A stretch of DNA of 64,000 nucleotides, from contig CAVUAK010000001.1 of the NCBI GenBank assembly GCA_963739455.1, positions 1,216,001 through 1,280,000 on the forward strand. Direction: 5' to 3'. Source of the DNA: an uncultured Gemmatimonadales bacterium. GTDB taxonomy: Bacteria; Gemmatimonadota; Gemmatimonadetes; Gemmatimonadales; GWC2-71-9. Under the pieces are notes generated by a model. That model saw only the letters and a program-made list of their open reading frames with translations, had not been told where the DNA came from and did not search any database. The translations under genes were made by a program, and so were the position numbers. Shown one piece after another: positions 38,199-48,497 of the stretch. Positions within the stretch are counted from its first letter, which is position 1; each line of letters starts with the position of its first letter.

Positions 38199-39755
38199 AT
38201 GTACTACCCGATCCTGTTGTCCATGATCGCCGGCGCCGCTGGCGTGCCGGCAGGCAATCCCGAGCCCACCATTCGCGTCACGCTCAACAATGAGGGGCAG
38301 TACCTCCCGGGCGACCGATCCAAGGTGCAGGTCATCACGCGCGATGATGGCTACCTCCTCGTATTCCAGCTCGATCCAGACGGCCACTTGCGGGTGCTCT
38401 TCCCGCTCGATCCCACCGACGACAACTACGTGCGGGGCGGCAAGCGCTACCTGCTGCTCGGTCGTGGTGGTCGCGAGGGGTTCACGGTAGACGCGCCCGG
38501 AAGCGGTGTGGTGTTCGCGGCGGTGTCGCTCGATCCGTGGCGCTTCAACGGATACACGCAGAACGATCACTGGGACTCCCGCGCGCTCAATACGGTGGTC
38601 TACGACGATCCCGAGCCGCAACTGGTGGACGTGGCCCAGGCGATGGCCGGCGGCCGGTTCGACTATGACATCGTGGGTTACGCGGTCGCGTCGCCTGCCG
38701 CAGCTGCTTCCAATGGCGGTGGTGGCTCAGCCAGCGTCGGCGCAATCGACGGCTGCCTTGGTTGTGGCGGCGTCACGGTCGTGAATGCATGGGGCCTCTA
38801 CGATCCATGGGGCTGGAATGCCGGCTGGGGCTGGAACGCTGGTTGGGGTCCCGGTTGGGGACCGGGCTGGGGCCCTGGCTGGGGGCCCGCCTGGGGTTGG
38901 AATGTTGGCTGGGGCTGGAACGCCGGCTGGGGCTGGGGTCCTGGGTGGGGGCCGGGCTGGGGCTGGAACAACGGCTGCTGCTGGAATGCGGGTTGGGGTC
39001 CGCCTGTGGCGGTTCCATTCACGCCCTATCAGCAGAAGGCGTGGAACCGGCAGTGGAGCGGGTCGCCGGTGCCGTACCGGCCGCGTGGAGCGATGGGCTT
39101 TACCGCGACGAATACCGTGGCTGGCGTGGTGCCAGGGATCGGCGTGGCGCGGCATGTGAGCTTCCGCGATCGCACCTCGGTGGACGTAATGGTTCCAGTT
39201 CCGTCGTCGCGGAGCGCACCGGTGCTGCGAGGCAGCTCGGGTAAGTCCAGTAATACTGGCAACTCGAGCGAGGGCGGGCGGCGTCGCGATGCAGCGCCGG
39301 CCAACCGTGTCGAGGCGCGCCCGTCCCGTCCGGCAGCCCAGCGTCCGACGGTGGTGGCTACCTCGACGCCTATTGAAGGCGGCTCGTCCCCTGAGCGCAG
39401 GATGCCAATGCCGAGTGAGCAGCCGAGCGAGCCCAGGGCGGTGCCGGTACTGCGAGAGGCACCTGAAGCGACTGCGCCGGCCAAGGCCAGTGGTGAACAG
39501 AAGGGCTCAGAGCCAGTGCTGCGCCGCCGGGAGGTGGAACAGCCCACCGCGGTCGCACCGGCGCCGCGACAGGAGACACGGCAGGAGAGCAGCGCACAGC
39601 CGAGCCGAGCGCCCGATCGCGCAGCCAGTAGCTCGCCGGCGACGAGCCAGCGATCGCAGGGATCGTCGGGTGGTGGGAGTAGTGCAGGTGGCGGCCGGTC
39701 GGCCCCGGCTTCATCGGCCGCGCCATCAGCGGCCGCTAGCGGGCGGCGGCGCTAG
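38199..39755 (+). CDS. Secreted DUF4384-like domain protein with WG repeat and long disordered tail
   Basis: 'YLPGDRSKV..DGYLLVFQLDPDGHLRVLFP'; WG repeats; S/A/P/R-rich C-terminus. Confidence 0.75.
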   Translation: MYYPILLSMIAGAAGVPAGNPEPTIRVTLNNEGQYLPGDRSKVQVITRDDGYLLVFQLDPDGHLRVLFPLDPTDDNYVRGGKRYLLLGRGGREGFTVDAPGSGVVFAAVSLDPWRFNGYTQNDHWDSRALNTVVYDDPEPQLVDVAQAMAGGRFDYDIVGYAVASPAAAASNGGGGSASVGAIDGCLGCGGVTVVNAWGLYDPWGWNAGWGWNAGWGPGWGPGWGPGWGPAWGWNVGWGWNAGWGWGPGWGPGWGWNNGCCWNAGWGPPVAVPFTPYQQKAWNRQWSGSPVPYRPRGAMGFTATNTVAGVVPGIGVARHVSFRDRTSVDVMVPVPSSRSAPVLRGSSGKSSNTGNSSEGGRRRDAAPANRVEARPSRPAAQRPTVVATSTPIEGGSSPERRMPMPSEQPSEPRAVPVLREAPEATAPAKASGEQKGSEPVLRRREVEQPTAVAPAPRQETRQESSAQPSRAPDRAASSSPATSQRSQGSSGGGSSAGGGRSAPASSAAPSAAASGRRR

Positions 39756-39762
39756 CGAAGTT

Positions 39763-40227
39763 TCAGGTGGCGCGTTGGCGCCGGGTGTAGCCGAGGCCCC
39801 ATTCCATCAGCTCGGCGCTCCGGAGGCCAACGCGCATCGCGGCATCGACCGCGTCCTCTTCCTCCATTCCCCGGTCCAGCATCAGCACCGGGATCAGCGC
39901 GCCACCAACACGATTCCCGGAACCGCAGTGCACAAACACCGTCCGCTCGCCGGCTTCGGCGAGCGTCGTGCGCAGCGTCTGCAGGGTCGTGTCGCTCATG
40001 GTATGCGCACCGACCGGAATCAGCTTGTACTCCATGCCGAGTTCCCTCACCAGCGCCGGCTCATCAAATCCGCGCGGCTCCATCGCCTCGCGCATGTCCA
40101 CCACAATGGCGCTGCCGGTGGCTGCGAGGTCCTTGAGCTGCTGCGGTGTCGGCTGCCCACCGGTCACCACGGTGGGAAGAATCTGGCAGGCGTTGGGGAC
40201 GCCGTGAATGGCTTCGTATGGGGTCAT
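39763..40227 (-). CDS. DUF442 / phosphatase-like sulfur transferase domain protein
   Basis: 'TGGQPT', CX5R 'HCGSGNR'. Confidence 0.82.
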   Translation of the reverse strand: MTPYEAIHGVPNACQILPTVVTGGQPTPQQLKDLAATGSAIVVDMREAMEPRGFDEPALVRELGMEYKLIPVGAHTMSDTTLQTLRTTLAEAGERTVFVHCGSGNRVGGALIPVLMLDRGMEEEDAVDAAMRVGLRSAELMEWGLGYTRRQRAT

Positions 40228-40235
40228 GATGAACC

Positions 40236-40290
40236 AGTCGTCAGTCGTCGGTCGTCAGTGGTCAGTGAGTCGTGAGTCATCGAGAGTCAG
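40236..40290 (+). repeat. Degenerate heptamer tandem repeat (GTCGTCA-like)
   Basis: gtcgtca gtcgtcg gtcgtca gtggtca ... gtcgtga gtcatcg. Confidence 0.7.
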
Positions 40291-40664
40291 TGCGGGAGCA
40301 ACTGTCTGGCGGTGAGCAGCCCGATCCAGGCGGCGGTTACTGAGAGCACAACGCTTGCGAGGACGTATGCCCCAGCGCGTCCCAGTTGACCACCCTCGAG
40401 AAGTGTCACGGTCTCGAAGCTGAAGGCGGAGAAGGTGGTAAAGCCACCGCAGAAACCGATTGCAAGAAAGGCACGGGCCTGGGGCGATACGGGGCCGCCG
40501 TCGACGGCGAGACCGACGACCGCACCCAGGATGAACGAGCCCAGGATGTTGATGAAGAGCGTGCCGAACGGAAAGGTGAAGCCGAACGCCTTGTGAATGA
40601 CCGGTCCCAGCAGGAAACGGCCGACACTGCCCAGTGCTCCGCCAAGTGCGACGAGCCAGATCAT
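40287..40664 (-). CDS. crcB: Fluoride efflux channel CrcB/Fluc
   Basis: 'GGALGSVGR', 'GTLFINILGSF', 'GFCGGFTTFSAF'. Confidence 0.95.
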   Translation of the reverse strand: MIWLVALGGALGSVGRFLLGPVIHKAFGFTFPFGTLFINILGSFILGAVVGLAVDGGPVSPQARAFLAIGFCGGFTTFSAFSFETVTLLEGGQLGRAGAYVLASVVLSVTAAWIGLLTARQLLPH

Positions 40665-40708
40665 GCGGCTAATCTAATGGGGGGTGGCAGCTTAGATTCC
40701 ACTGACCG

Positions 40709-42492
40709 ATGCTGACCGTCTCGCTGGCCCAGCTCCGGCCCCGCAAGGGCCGCTATGCCGAGAATCTTGCCCGGCTGGGCGAGATGTTCCGCGAGGCATC
40801 GCTCCTTCCCACACCGCCCGGCCTCATCATCGGCCCCGAGAGCGCGCTCACGGGATACTTCCTCGAGGGTGGTGTTCGCGAACTCGCCATCGAGGCGGAG
40901 AGGCTGTTCGACGACCTGGCCCGGGTGCACCGCGAAAGTGGTGCTGCCGACCTGGAAGTGGCGCTCGGCTTCTACGAGCGGCACAGCAATCACATCCACA
41001 ACTCCGCGCTCTATGCCTCGCTCGGCGGCAGCGACGCGGGCATCCGGCACGTGCACCGCAAGGTGTTCCTGCCCACCTACGGCGTGTTCGACGAGGAGCG
41101 CTTCGTCGCGGCCGGCGACCAGGTGCAGGCCTTCGACACGCGGTGGGGTCGCGCGGCATTGCTCATCTGCGAGGATGCGTGGCATTCCATCGTGCCCACG
41201 ATCGCGGCACTCGATGGCGCAGAGATGCTGATCGTGCCGAGTGCCAGCCCCGCGCGCGGACTGCAGCGGAATGGGGAGGATGATGAGCGTCCCGCAAGCA
41301 TCGGTCGCTGGGAGAGGATCATGCAGGACGTTGCGAGCGAGCACGGGCTGTACGTGGCGTTGACGCACCTGGTGGGATTCGAGGGCGGCAAGGCCTTCGT
41401 TGGCGGCTCGCTCATCGCGGGGCCGCGAGGGAACATCCTGGTCGAGGGCCCGGTGTTCGAGGAGGCGCTGGTGACGGTGTCGCTCGACCTCAGCGACATT
41501 GCCCGGGTGCGAGCCGAGATGCCGCTTTTGGCTGATCTCAAGACGCGGCTTCCGTCGCTGGCGCCCCAGCTGATGCGCGCGGCGTCACCCGCGGAGCCCG
41601 ATGCTGCGGAAGATGCGGTCGCGCCGTCGGCTCCCGCGCGGAGGCCCCGCGCAGCAGGCGTGCCGAACGTGACTGACGACGTACTCGACATCGACGCGCC
41701 GCTTGCGAAGCGCTGGCTGGTGGAGTTCCTGCGCGACGAGTTGACGAGACGCCGCGGATTCGAGAAGGCGGTGATCGGGCTGTCGGGCGGCGTGGACAGC
41801 GCGCTGGTGGCGTACCTTGCCGCTGAGGCGCTGGGGCCGGAGAACGTCACGGCCATCCGCATGCCATATCAGCGCGTCGAGCGCCGATAGCCTAGACCAT
41901 GCGCAACTGGTCATTGACGCACTCGGCATCGAGAGTCGCACCGTGGACATCTCCGCGGCTGTTGATGGAATGGTAGCGGCGATCGGTGACACCGACCCGG
42001 CGCGGAAGGGCAACATCATGGCGCGCTGCCGCATGATCGTGCTCTTCGACCTCTCGGCGAAGCTCAGAGGCACTGCCGCTGGGGACGGGCAACAAGAGCG
42101 AACGGCTGCTGGGGTACTTCACCTGGCACGCGGACGATTCGCCGCCGGTGAACCCGATCGGCGACCTGTACAAGACCCAGGTGTGGGCGCTGGCCAGGTA
42201 TGTCGGCGTTCCGGCCGCGATCGTGGACAAGCCTGCGACCGCCGACCTCATCCACGGCCAGACCGACGAGATCGATCTCGGCGTCTCATATGCGCGCGGC
42301 GACCGGATCCTGCACTTCCTGCTGAGTGGGTACACGCCCGAGGCGCTGGTCACGGCCGGTTTCACCGAGGCCGAGGTGGAGGCGGTACGTCGCCGGCTCG
42401 ACTCGACCCATTGGAAGCGGCGATTGCCGACGGTGGCGATGGTGAGCCAGACGGCGATCGGGGAGTGGTATTTGAGGCCGGTGGATTACTGA
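40709..42492 (+). CDS. nadE: Glutamine-dependent NAD+ synthetase (nitrilase domain plus NadE); frameshifts near 41870 and 42070
   Basis: E-K-C triad ('PESAL', 'HRKVFLP', 'ICEDAW'); 'GLSGGVDS', 'GNIMAR', 'GTGNKSE', '[11 protein letters not shown]', 'GQTDE'. Confidence 0.92.
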
Positions 42493-42575
42493 CGGTTAAG
42501 CGTTGAGGGTTGAGAGTTGGGAGTGACTCACTGCCCACCCACTGCTCCCAACTCTTAACTCCTAACCCTTGACGG
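42491..42575. repeat. Inverted pair of heptamer arrays (TTGAGRG ... YCTYAAC)
   Basis: gttaagc gttgagg gttgaga gttggga ... tcccaac tcttaac tcctaac. Confidence 0.7.
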
Positions 42576-42583
42576 CAACCGCC

Positions 42584-43066
42584 ATGCACTCGACTCCGCA
42601 CGCAATCCCAGACTCCCGCCTCATGTCCTACTCCCGCGGGGAGATCACGACGCTGGTCATGCCGAACATGCAGAACGTGCTCGGCGACCTCTTCGGCGGG
42701 AACCTGATGGCGCTGGTGGACCAGGCGGCCGCCGTGGCGGCGCTGCGGCATGCCGGCAGCCGCGCGGTGACGGCATCGATTGACCGGGTCGACTTCCGGG
42801 AGCGCATCCCGGTCGGGGCGCTGGTGACCTGCATCGGCACCGTGGACTACGTGGGCAACAGCTCGATGGACATCACGGTGGAGGTCTACTCGGAGCAGCC
42901 CGCCACGGGCGAACCGCGACGGAACACGCACACGGCGCACGTGGTATTCGTCGCCATCGATGATCACGGCAGGCCGACCCGGGTGCCCCGGCTCATCGCC
43001 ACGACCGACGAGGAGAAGGAACGGATGGAGCGCGCGCGGGTGCACCGGGAGAGCATCAAGCGGTGA
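42584..43066 (+). CDS. Acyl-CoA thioesterase (hotdog, YciA-like)
   Basis: 'N..GDLFGGNLMALVD', 'VTASID', 'VGNSSM', 'VFVAID'. Confidence 0.9.
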   Translation: MHSTPHAIPDSRLMSYSRGEITTLVMPNMQNVLGDLFGGNLMALVDQAAAVAALRHAGSRAVTASIDRVDFRERIPVGALVTCIGTVDYVGNSSMDITVEVYSEQPATGEPRRNTHTAHVVFVAIDDHGRPTRVPRLIATTDEEKERMERARVHRESIKR

Positions 43067-43907
43067 GCGGCGTCATTCTCGTACTGAGCGGCGGAGGGGC
43101 CAAGGCAGCGGCCCACTGCGGCGCGGTGCGGGCGCTGCGCGAACGGGGCATCGAGCCGACGCGCTACGTGGCGACGTCGCTCGGCGCGGTGGTGGCGGCG
43201 GCACTCGCGTCGGGCGCCGAGCCGGATACTGTGGTGCGGGCGCTCATGAACGAGGCCCCCGCCGGCATACGTCCGCATCCACTGGCAGCGGTGGCGGGTA
43301 TCCACTTGGAGGGGCTGGTTCGTGCACGACCGTTCCGCGAGGCGATCGGGCGCATCATCACGGCACGGAGCTTCGCCGAGTTGAAGGTGCCGCTGACGGT
43401 AACGGCGGTGGACGTCGACAAGCTGGAACTGGTGACTCTTCGGGCACGGCGGCATCGACGCGCCGCTGCTCGACGTGCTGGCGGCGTCCTGCGCACTGCC
43501 GCCCTACTTCCCGGCGGTTCGACTCGGCGGCCGGATGCTCCGGGATGGCGGCCTGATGGGCCATGCTCCCCTGGCGGTGGTGGGAGATACCGGCGGGTTG
43601 CCGGTGATCGCCGTGGATGTGGGTCCCGGGTTCGACAACGGCCGCGAGCCGAAGCCGCCGGGTGGCCCGCCGCTGATTCGCGCGGTGGATGAATCGATCG
43701 GGATACTCATGGCGCAGGTGACGGAGGACCAGCTTGCGCGCTGGCGGCGACGAGCGGGGGCCCATCCTCTACGTGCGGCCGCGGGTCGAGCGAAACGCGA
43801 CGTTCAGCGCCGGTCGCGCGAGGGTGTATGCCGACGAGGGGTATCTTGCGATGCGCGAGGCACTCGGTGGTCTTGATTCCGTGGCCCGTCCCACCAGATT
43901 GCCGTGA
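43063..43907 (+). CDS. Patatin-like phospholipase (frameshifted)
   Basis: 'LVLSGGGAK', 'ATSLG', 'ASCALP', 'DGG'. Confidence 0.88.
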
Positions 43908-43943
43908 TCCGGCCGACCAGCCTCCATCTCACCCGGACAGTCG

Positions 43944-44351
43944 ATGCGTGCTTCTGAAGTGATGGTTGCAGACCCGATCGTGGCGGTGGCGGGCGCGATG
44001 GCGAGCGAGGTCGCCATCATGTTCCGCAGCCGAAATATTTCGGTGGTGCCGGTGGTCGACGACCACCGGACGCGCCGGTTCCTTGGCACGTTGAGCGACC
44101 GCGAGCTGGTGACGCGTTGCCTCGCCGAGGGAAAGCACCCGTGGCACACTCGCGCCGATGCGCTGATGCGCACCAATACGACGGTGGTGGGCCCGGAGCA
44201 TGAACTCGAGGGCATGGAGCTTCGCATGGACCTTGAGCCCAACGAATCGCACCTTCGCCCGACCATCACGGTCGTCGACGCGGAGCGCCGCGTCGTCGGC
44301 TTCATCAGTCACCCTGAGCAGGTGCCGGGCATCCGCGTGGTGTGGGGCTGA
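43944..44351 (+). CDS. CBS domain protein
   Basis: 'VPVVDD..GTLSDREL', 'VVDAERRVVGFIS'. Confidence 0.82.
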   Translation: MRASEVMVADPIVAVAGAMASEVAIMFRSRNISVVPVVDDHRTRRFLGTLSDRELVTRCLAEGKHPWHTRADALMRTNTTVVGPEHELEGMELRMDLEPNESHLRPTITVVDAERRVVGFISHPEQVPGIRVVWG

Positions 44352-44778
44352 TGGCCGAGCCGCGGCTGTTCACGCGGGACGAGGCGGAGCGCACGCTGCC
44401 GCTGGTGCGTCGCATCGTCGCCGACCTGATGGGCGGAGCACCCGGCGTGGCGCCGGGCGATCTCGCACTATGAACTGCTGGCGGCGGGCGCGGTGGCGGA
44501 CGATGGCGAGTCGCCGGAGGTGGCGGCGGCCCGGGTGGCGGCGGAGCAGCTCGCGGCCCGCATCGACACGCTACCTGCGCGAGATCGAGCAGATCGGCTG
44601 CATGTTCCAGGGGTTCGAGGAAGGGCTGGTGGACTTCCGGTCGATGCGGGACGACAGGATGGTGCTGCTCTGCTGGCGCTACGGGGAGCAGCGCATCACG
44701 CACTGGCACGAGGTGGGGGCCGGGTTCGCCGGGCGCAAGCCGATCGATGATGCCCTGCTGAGCGAGATCAGCACGTGA
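44351..44778 (+). CDS. DUF2203 family protein (frameshifted)
   Basis: 'FTRDEAERTLP', 'GLVDF', 'LCWRYGE..HWH..GFAGRKPI'. Confidence 0.85.
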
Positions 44779-45230
44779 GCCTCTGGCTCTTCCTGCACCT
44801 GCTAGGCGTGGCGTGGTGGATGGGTGGTGGGTTCTCGTCGCTGGTGGTGTCCATTGCAGCCAGGACGGAGGCGCGACCCGCGCTGGCGACGGTGATGCGG
44901 ATCCAGTGGGCCATCGCGCGGTATCTCGTGTTCCCGGGATCGCTGCTTACCGTGGTATCGGGGTTGTTCCTCACCATGCGGCTCATCAACACGCCAAGCA
45001 TGGGGAGCGGGTGGCTGGTGGCGATGCAGGGGCTGGGCATGGTGGGCGCGCTCATCGCGCTGACGATGCTGGTGCCCAACGCCGCCAAGCTGTCACGGCT
45101 GGACCCGAGCGGCGAGCATGCGGCGTACTTCGACCGGCTGCGCAAGCGGCAGTGGTATACCGGGGAAGTCGCGGCGCTGCTAGGCCTGGGCGCGCTGCTT
45201 TCGGCCGCGATCTACCGATACGGAGGCTGA
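44775..45230 (+). CDS. Hypothetical 4-TM membrane protein (DUF2269-like)
   Basis: 'LFLHLLG..WMGG', 'VVSGL'; hydrophobic helices. Confidence 0.65.
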   Translation: MSLWLFLHLLGVAWWMGGGFSSLVVSIAARTEARPALATVMRIQWAIARYLVFPGSLLTVVSGLFLTMRLINTPSMGSGWLVAMQGLGMVGALIALTMLVPNAAKLSRLDPSGEHAAYFDRLRKRQWYTGEVAALLGLGALLSAAIYRYGG

Positions 45231-45899
45231 CCTCCGGCCGGTCTTGCAAGCGCCCCGCACCGGGCAGACGTCGCATCGCGCCACCCTCGCCGTACAGACC
45301 AACGCTCCCAGCTCCATGATCGCCTGATTGAACGACCACGCGTCGCGGCCGCGGCGGGGAATGAGCCACTCCGCCGTACTCCAGATGCGCGCCTCTCCAC
45401 TTGCCGTACGCGCGGCGCGGGGATGGAAGGCGCGCCGGATGACGCGCGAGACGTTGGTGTCCACCGCCGGTTCGCGGCGCTCGAAGGCGAAACAGGCGAT
45501 CGCGCCGGCGGTATACCTTCCGACGCCGGGCAGCTCGCGGAGCTGGGCGGGATCATCGGGGAAGCGGCCGTCCCGGGTGTCGACGACCTGGCGGGCCAGT
45601 GCGTGCAGGTTGTGCGCGCGCCGGTAGTAGCCGAGTCCTTCCCAGGCCTCGCGGACAGCGGAGGGCGGGGCATCGGCCAGGTGATGCACGGTGGGGAACC
45701 GAGCCAGGAAGTCGTGGTAGAAGCCCTCGACCCGGCCCACCTGCGTCTGCTGCAGCATGAACTCGGAGACGGCCACGCGGTAGGGATCACGGGTGCGCCG
45801 CCAGGGCAGGTCGCGCCCATGACGGCGAAACCAGCGCAATAGCCGGCGGCGGAACTCGCGGGCATCGTCGGCAACCCTTGGCCTAGACTTATCGGGCAT
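45180..45899 (-). CDS. mutY: A/G-specific adenine glycosylase, short form (HhH-GPD plus 4Fe-4S)
   Basis: 'RDLPWR', 'SEFMLQQTQV', 'WEGLGYYRRA', 'LPGVGRYTA', 'CTARVARCDVCPVRGAC'. Confidence 0.9.
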   Translation of the reverse strand: MPDKSRPRVADDAREFRRRLLRWFRRHGRDLPWRRTRDPYRVAVSEFMLQQTQVGRVEGFYHDFLARFPTVHHLADAPPSAVREAWEGLGYYRRAHNLHALARQVVDTRDGRFPDDPAQLRELPGVGRYTAGAIACFAFERREPAVDTNVSRVIRRAFHPRAARTASGEARIWSTAEWLIPRRGRDAWSFNQAIMELGALVCTARVARCDVCPVRGACKTGRRSASVSVDRGRKQRAQA

Positions 45900-45921
45900 C
45901 GGCGGACAAGATACCTCACGA

Positions 45922-46744
45922 ATGACAGCCGCAGCGATGGACCTCAAGCACCAGAACGGCACCTTCCTCACCAGGATCGCGGCGCGGGTGGGCCGCTTCG
46001 TCATTGAGATCGTGGCGCAGATCGGCCGGTTCTGTCTCTTCCTGCTGGAGACGTCCCGGGGTCTCGCCGAGGTGCGGATCTGGTTTCCCCGCTTCCTCAT
46101 CGAGGCATGGAACATCGGGGTCGGCAGCTTCGCGCTGGTGCTGCTCATTGCCGGCTTCGCCGGTGCGGTGACGGCGCTGCAGACCGGCTACCAGTTCAGC
46201 GCCAGCATCCCGTACTACGTGGTGGGCACGCTGGTGGTCTCGTCGATCATCCTGGAGCTGGGTCCGGTGCTGACAGCGCTGGTGCTGGCCGGCCGCATCG
46301 GTGCGCGCTACGCCGCCGAGCTGGGCACGATGCGTGTCACGGAGCAGATCGACGCGCTGGAGAGCCTGGGGCGGGCGCCGTCATCGCACCTCATCGTGCC
46401 GCGGGTGCTGGCGGCGCTGATCATGATCCCGGCGCTGACGGTGTTCGCGAACGCGAGCGGCATCCTGGTGGGGTGGTGGGCGGTGAAGCAGGTGCTGCCG
46501 GTGACCAACATGGACTTCACCTACGGTGCGCAGGTGTACTTCCGTCCGTGGGACGCGTGGTACTCCCTGATCAAGTCGTTCTTCTTCGGGGCCACCATCG
46601 GCGCTGATCTCCTGCTACAAGGGCATGAACATCCAGCAGGGCGCGGAAGGCGTCGGCAAGGGCACGACCGGCGCGGTGGTGACCAGCACCGTCATCGTGC
46701 TGATGCTCGACTCCCTGCTGACCAAGCTGCTGCTCAATACGTGA
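45922..46744 (+). CDS. mlaE: MlaE family ABC permease (frameshift near 46605)
   Basis: 'ELGPVLTAL..AGRIGA..AELGTMRVTEQIDAL'; alternate frame 'GAEGVGKGTT'. Confidence 0.92.
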
Positions 46745-47496
46745 TCGAACTCCGCGGCGTCAAGAAGCGCTTCGGCGCGCAGATCATCCTGGACGGCGTC
46801 GACTTCGACGTTCGCGAGGGCGAGACGGTGGCCCTGCTGGGCCCCTCGGGTACCGGCAAGAGCGTGTTGCTCAAGACGATCATCGGGCTCATCAAGCCCG
46901 ATTTCGGCCAGGTCATCGTCGACGGCAAGGATGTGCCGACGCTCAAGCGGGACGCACTGTCGGAACTGCGCAAGACGATCGGGTACGTCTTCCAGAACGG
47001 CGCGCTCTTCGACTCCATGAACGTGTTCGAGAACGTCCGCCTCGGCATCGTGGACGAGGCGAAGTTCAAGGATGAGAAGTATGCGATGGAGCGGGTCACC
47101 CAGTGCATCAAGCTGGTGAACCTGCAGCCCGACGTGGTCATGGAGAAGTTCCCGGCGCAGCTGTCGGGAGGCATGCGCAAGCGGGTGGGGATTGCGCGGG
47201 CGATCGCGGGCCAGCCCAAGTACCTGCTGTATGACGAGCCCACGTCGGGGCTCGACCCGGTGAACTCGGACATCATCGATGCGCTGGTGCAGCGACTCGA
47301 CCAGGAGCTCGGCGTCACCAGTGTCATGGTGACGCACGACGTGCGGGGCGCGTTCCGCGTCGCCAACCGGCTGGCGCTCCTGAGCGAGGGCAAGGTGGTC
47401 ATGCAGGGCACGCCGCAGGAGTTCCTCGCCTCGGATCATCCCAAGGTGAAGGCGTTCCTCGAGCGCGACTTCGACAACACTCAATTCGCCGCCTGA
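46741..47496 (+). CDS. mlaF: MlaF family ABC ATPase
   Basis: 'GPSGTGKS', 'FQNGALFDS', 'LSGGMRKRV', 'YDEPT'. Confidence 0.93.
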   Translation: MIELRGVKKRFGAQIILDGVDFDVREGETVALLGPSGTGKSVLLKTIIGLIKPDFGQVIVDGKDVPTLKRDALSELRKTIGYVFQNGALFDSMNVFENVRLGIVDEAKFKDEKYAMERVTQCIKLVNLQPDVVMEKFPAQLSGGMRKRVGIARAIAGQPKYLLYDEPTSGLDPVNSDIIDALVQRLDQELGVTSVMVTHDVRGAFRVANRLALLSEGKVVMQGTPQEFLASDHPKVKAFLERDFDNTQFAA

Positions 47497-47501
47497 GGCC
47501 C

Positions 47502-48413
47502 ATGGACTCGCGATTCGGCAGGGAAGTGGTGGTCGGCAGCATCGTACTCGCTGCGGCGGCGCTGTTCACCATCGGCACGTTCTGGCTCCGGGGGAAGTCG
47601 ATCGGGCCGAAGGACGACCAGGTCATCATCCAGTTCCCCGACGCCGGTGAACTGCAGCAGGCATCGCAGGTGCGGGTGTCGGGGGTGCCGTCGGGGAAGG
47701 TGGAGGACATCAAGCTGATCGCGCCGGGCAAGGTGCACGTCACCATCTCGCTCAGCAACAAGGCCATTGTCCCCAAGATCGATGCCAAGGCGGTGATCGT
47801 CTCGGTGGGGCTCGCCGGCGACGTCACGCTGATGTTCATCCCGGGCGACTCACCCACGGTGCTGCCCAAGGGGCAGGTGGTGATGGGCATCTCGCCGCCG
47901 GGGTTGATGCAGATCGCGGGCGGGCTCTCCGACCGGGCCGACAGCGTGCTGATCAACGCGAATGGCCTGGTGGGCCCGGCGATGCAGCAACGGCTGGCGA
48001 CGACGCTGGAGGAGGCGACGAAGGCGCTGCAGGGATCGCAGCGGCTCATGGCGACCCTCAACGACCCGAAGCACGGTGCCAACGCCGAACTGGCGCTCAC
48101 CATGCAGGCACTGCGCGGAACGCTGGCGAAGCTGGACTCGACGCTCGCGGCACCGGCCGTCGTGCGCGCGCGGGACAAGGCGGACACCCTGGTGACCAAC
48201 CTGAACGCGATGTCGGCGCAGTTCACCGCCACCGGTGCCCGGCTCGACTCGGTGCTGATGCTGGTGCAGACGGGCAAGGGAACTCTGGGGAAGTTCGCGA
48301 CCGATTCGGCGCTCTACGGGAACATGGTGCGGCTGACGGCGTCGCTCGACTCGCTGGTGAACGACATCAAGCAGCATCCGGGGAAGATCGGGATTACGGT
48401 GAAGATGTTCTAG
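47502..48413 (+). CDS. mlaD: MlaD/MCE family protein
   Basis: N-terminal TM; MCE 'AGEL..ASQVRVSGV..GKV'; helical extension. Confidence 0.9.
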   Translation: MDSRFGREVVVGSIVLAAAALFTIGTFWLRGKSIGPKDDQVIIQFPDAGELQQASQVRVSGVPSGKVEDIKLIAPGKVHVTISLSNKAIVPKIDAKAVIVSVGLAGDVTLMFIPGDSPTVLPKGQVVMGISPPGLMQIAGGLSDRADSVLINANGLVGPAMQQRLATTLEEATKALQGSQRLMATLNDPKHGANAELALTMQALRGTLAKLDSTLAAPAVVRARDKADTLVTNLNAMSAQFTATGARLDSVLMLVQTGKGTLGKFATDSALYGNMVRLTASLDSLVNDIKQHPGKIGITVKMF

Positions 48414-48414
48414 G

Positions 48415-48497
48415 GGACGTGAAGACGTGAAGACGTGAAGACGTGAGGTCGTTCCGTCCGGCTTCCAGTCCACATCACGTCCTCACGTCATCACGTC
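48415..48497. repeat. Inverted 8-mer arrays (GACGTGAA)x4 ... (TCACGTC)x3
   Basis: Same unit as at 28169, followed by its reverse complement. Confidence 0.8.

Noticed and set aside
38808..39000. Repetitive DNA as a possible CRISPR array
   Set aside because: Units are in-frame 12-18 nt coding repeats without unique spacers, and there are no cas genes in the window.
40664..40709. Fluoride riboswitch upstream of crcB
   Set aside because: Only 44 nt separate crcB from nadE, a -10 box abuts the ATG, and the GGnGAUG core is absent.
45922..47496. Apparent 524 aa MlaE-MlaF fusion ORF
   Set aside because: The normal MlaE C-terminus is present in another frame, ending at 46744, and MlaF has its own GTG at 46741. 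The fusion arises from an indel near 46605.
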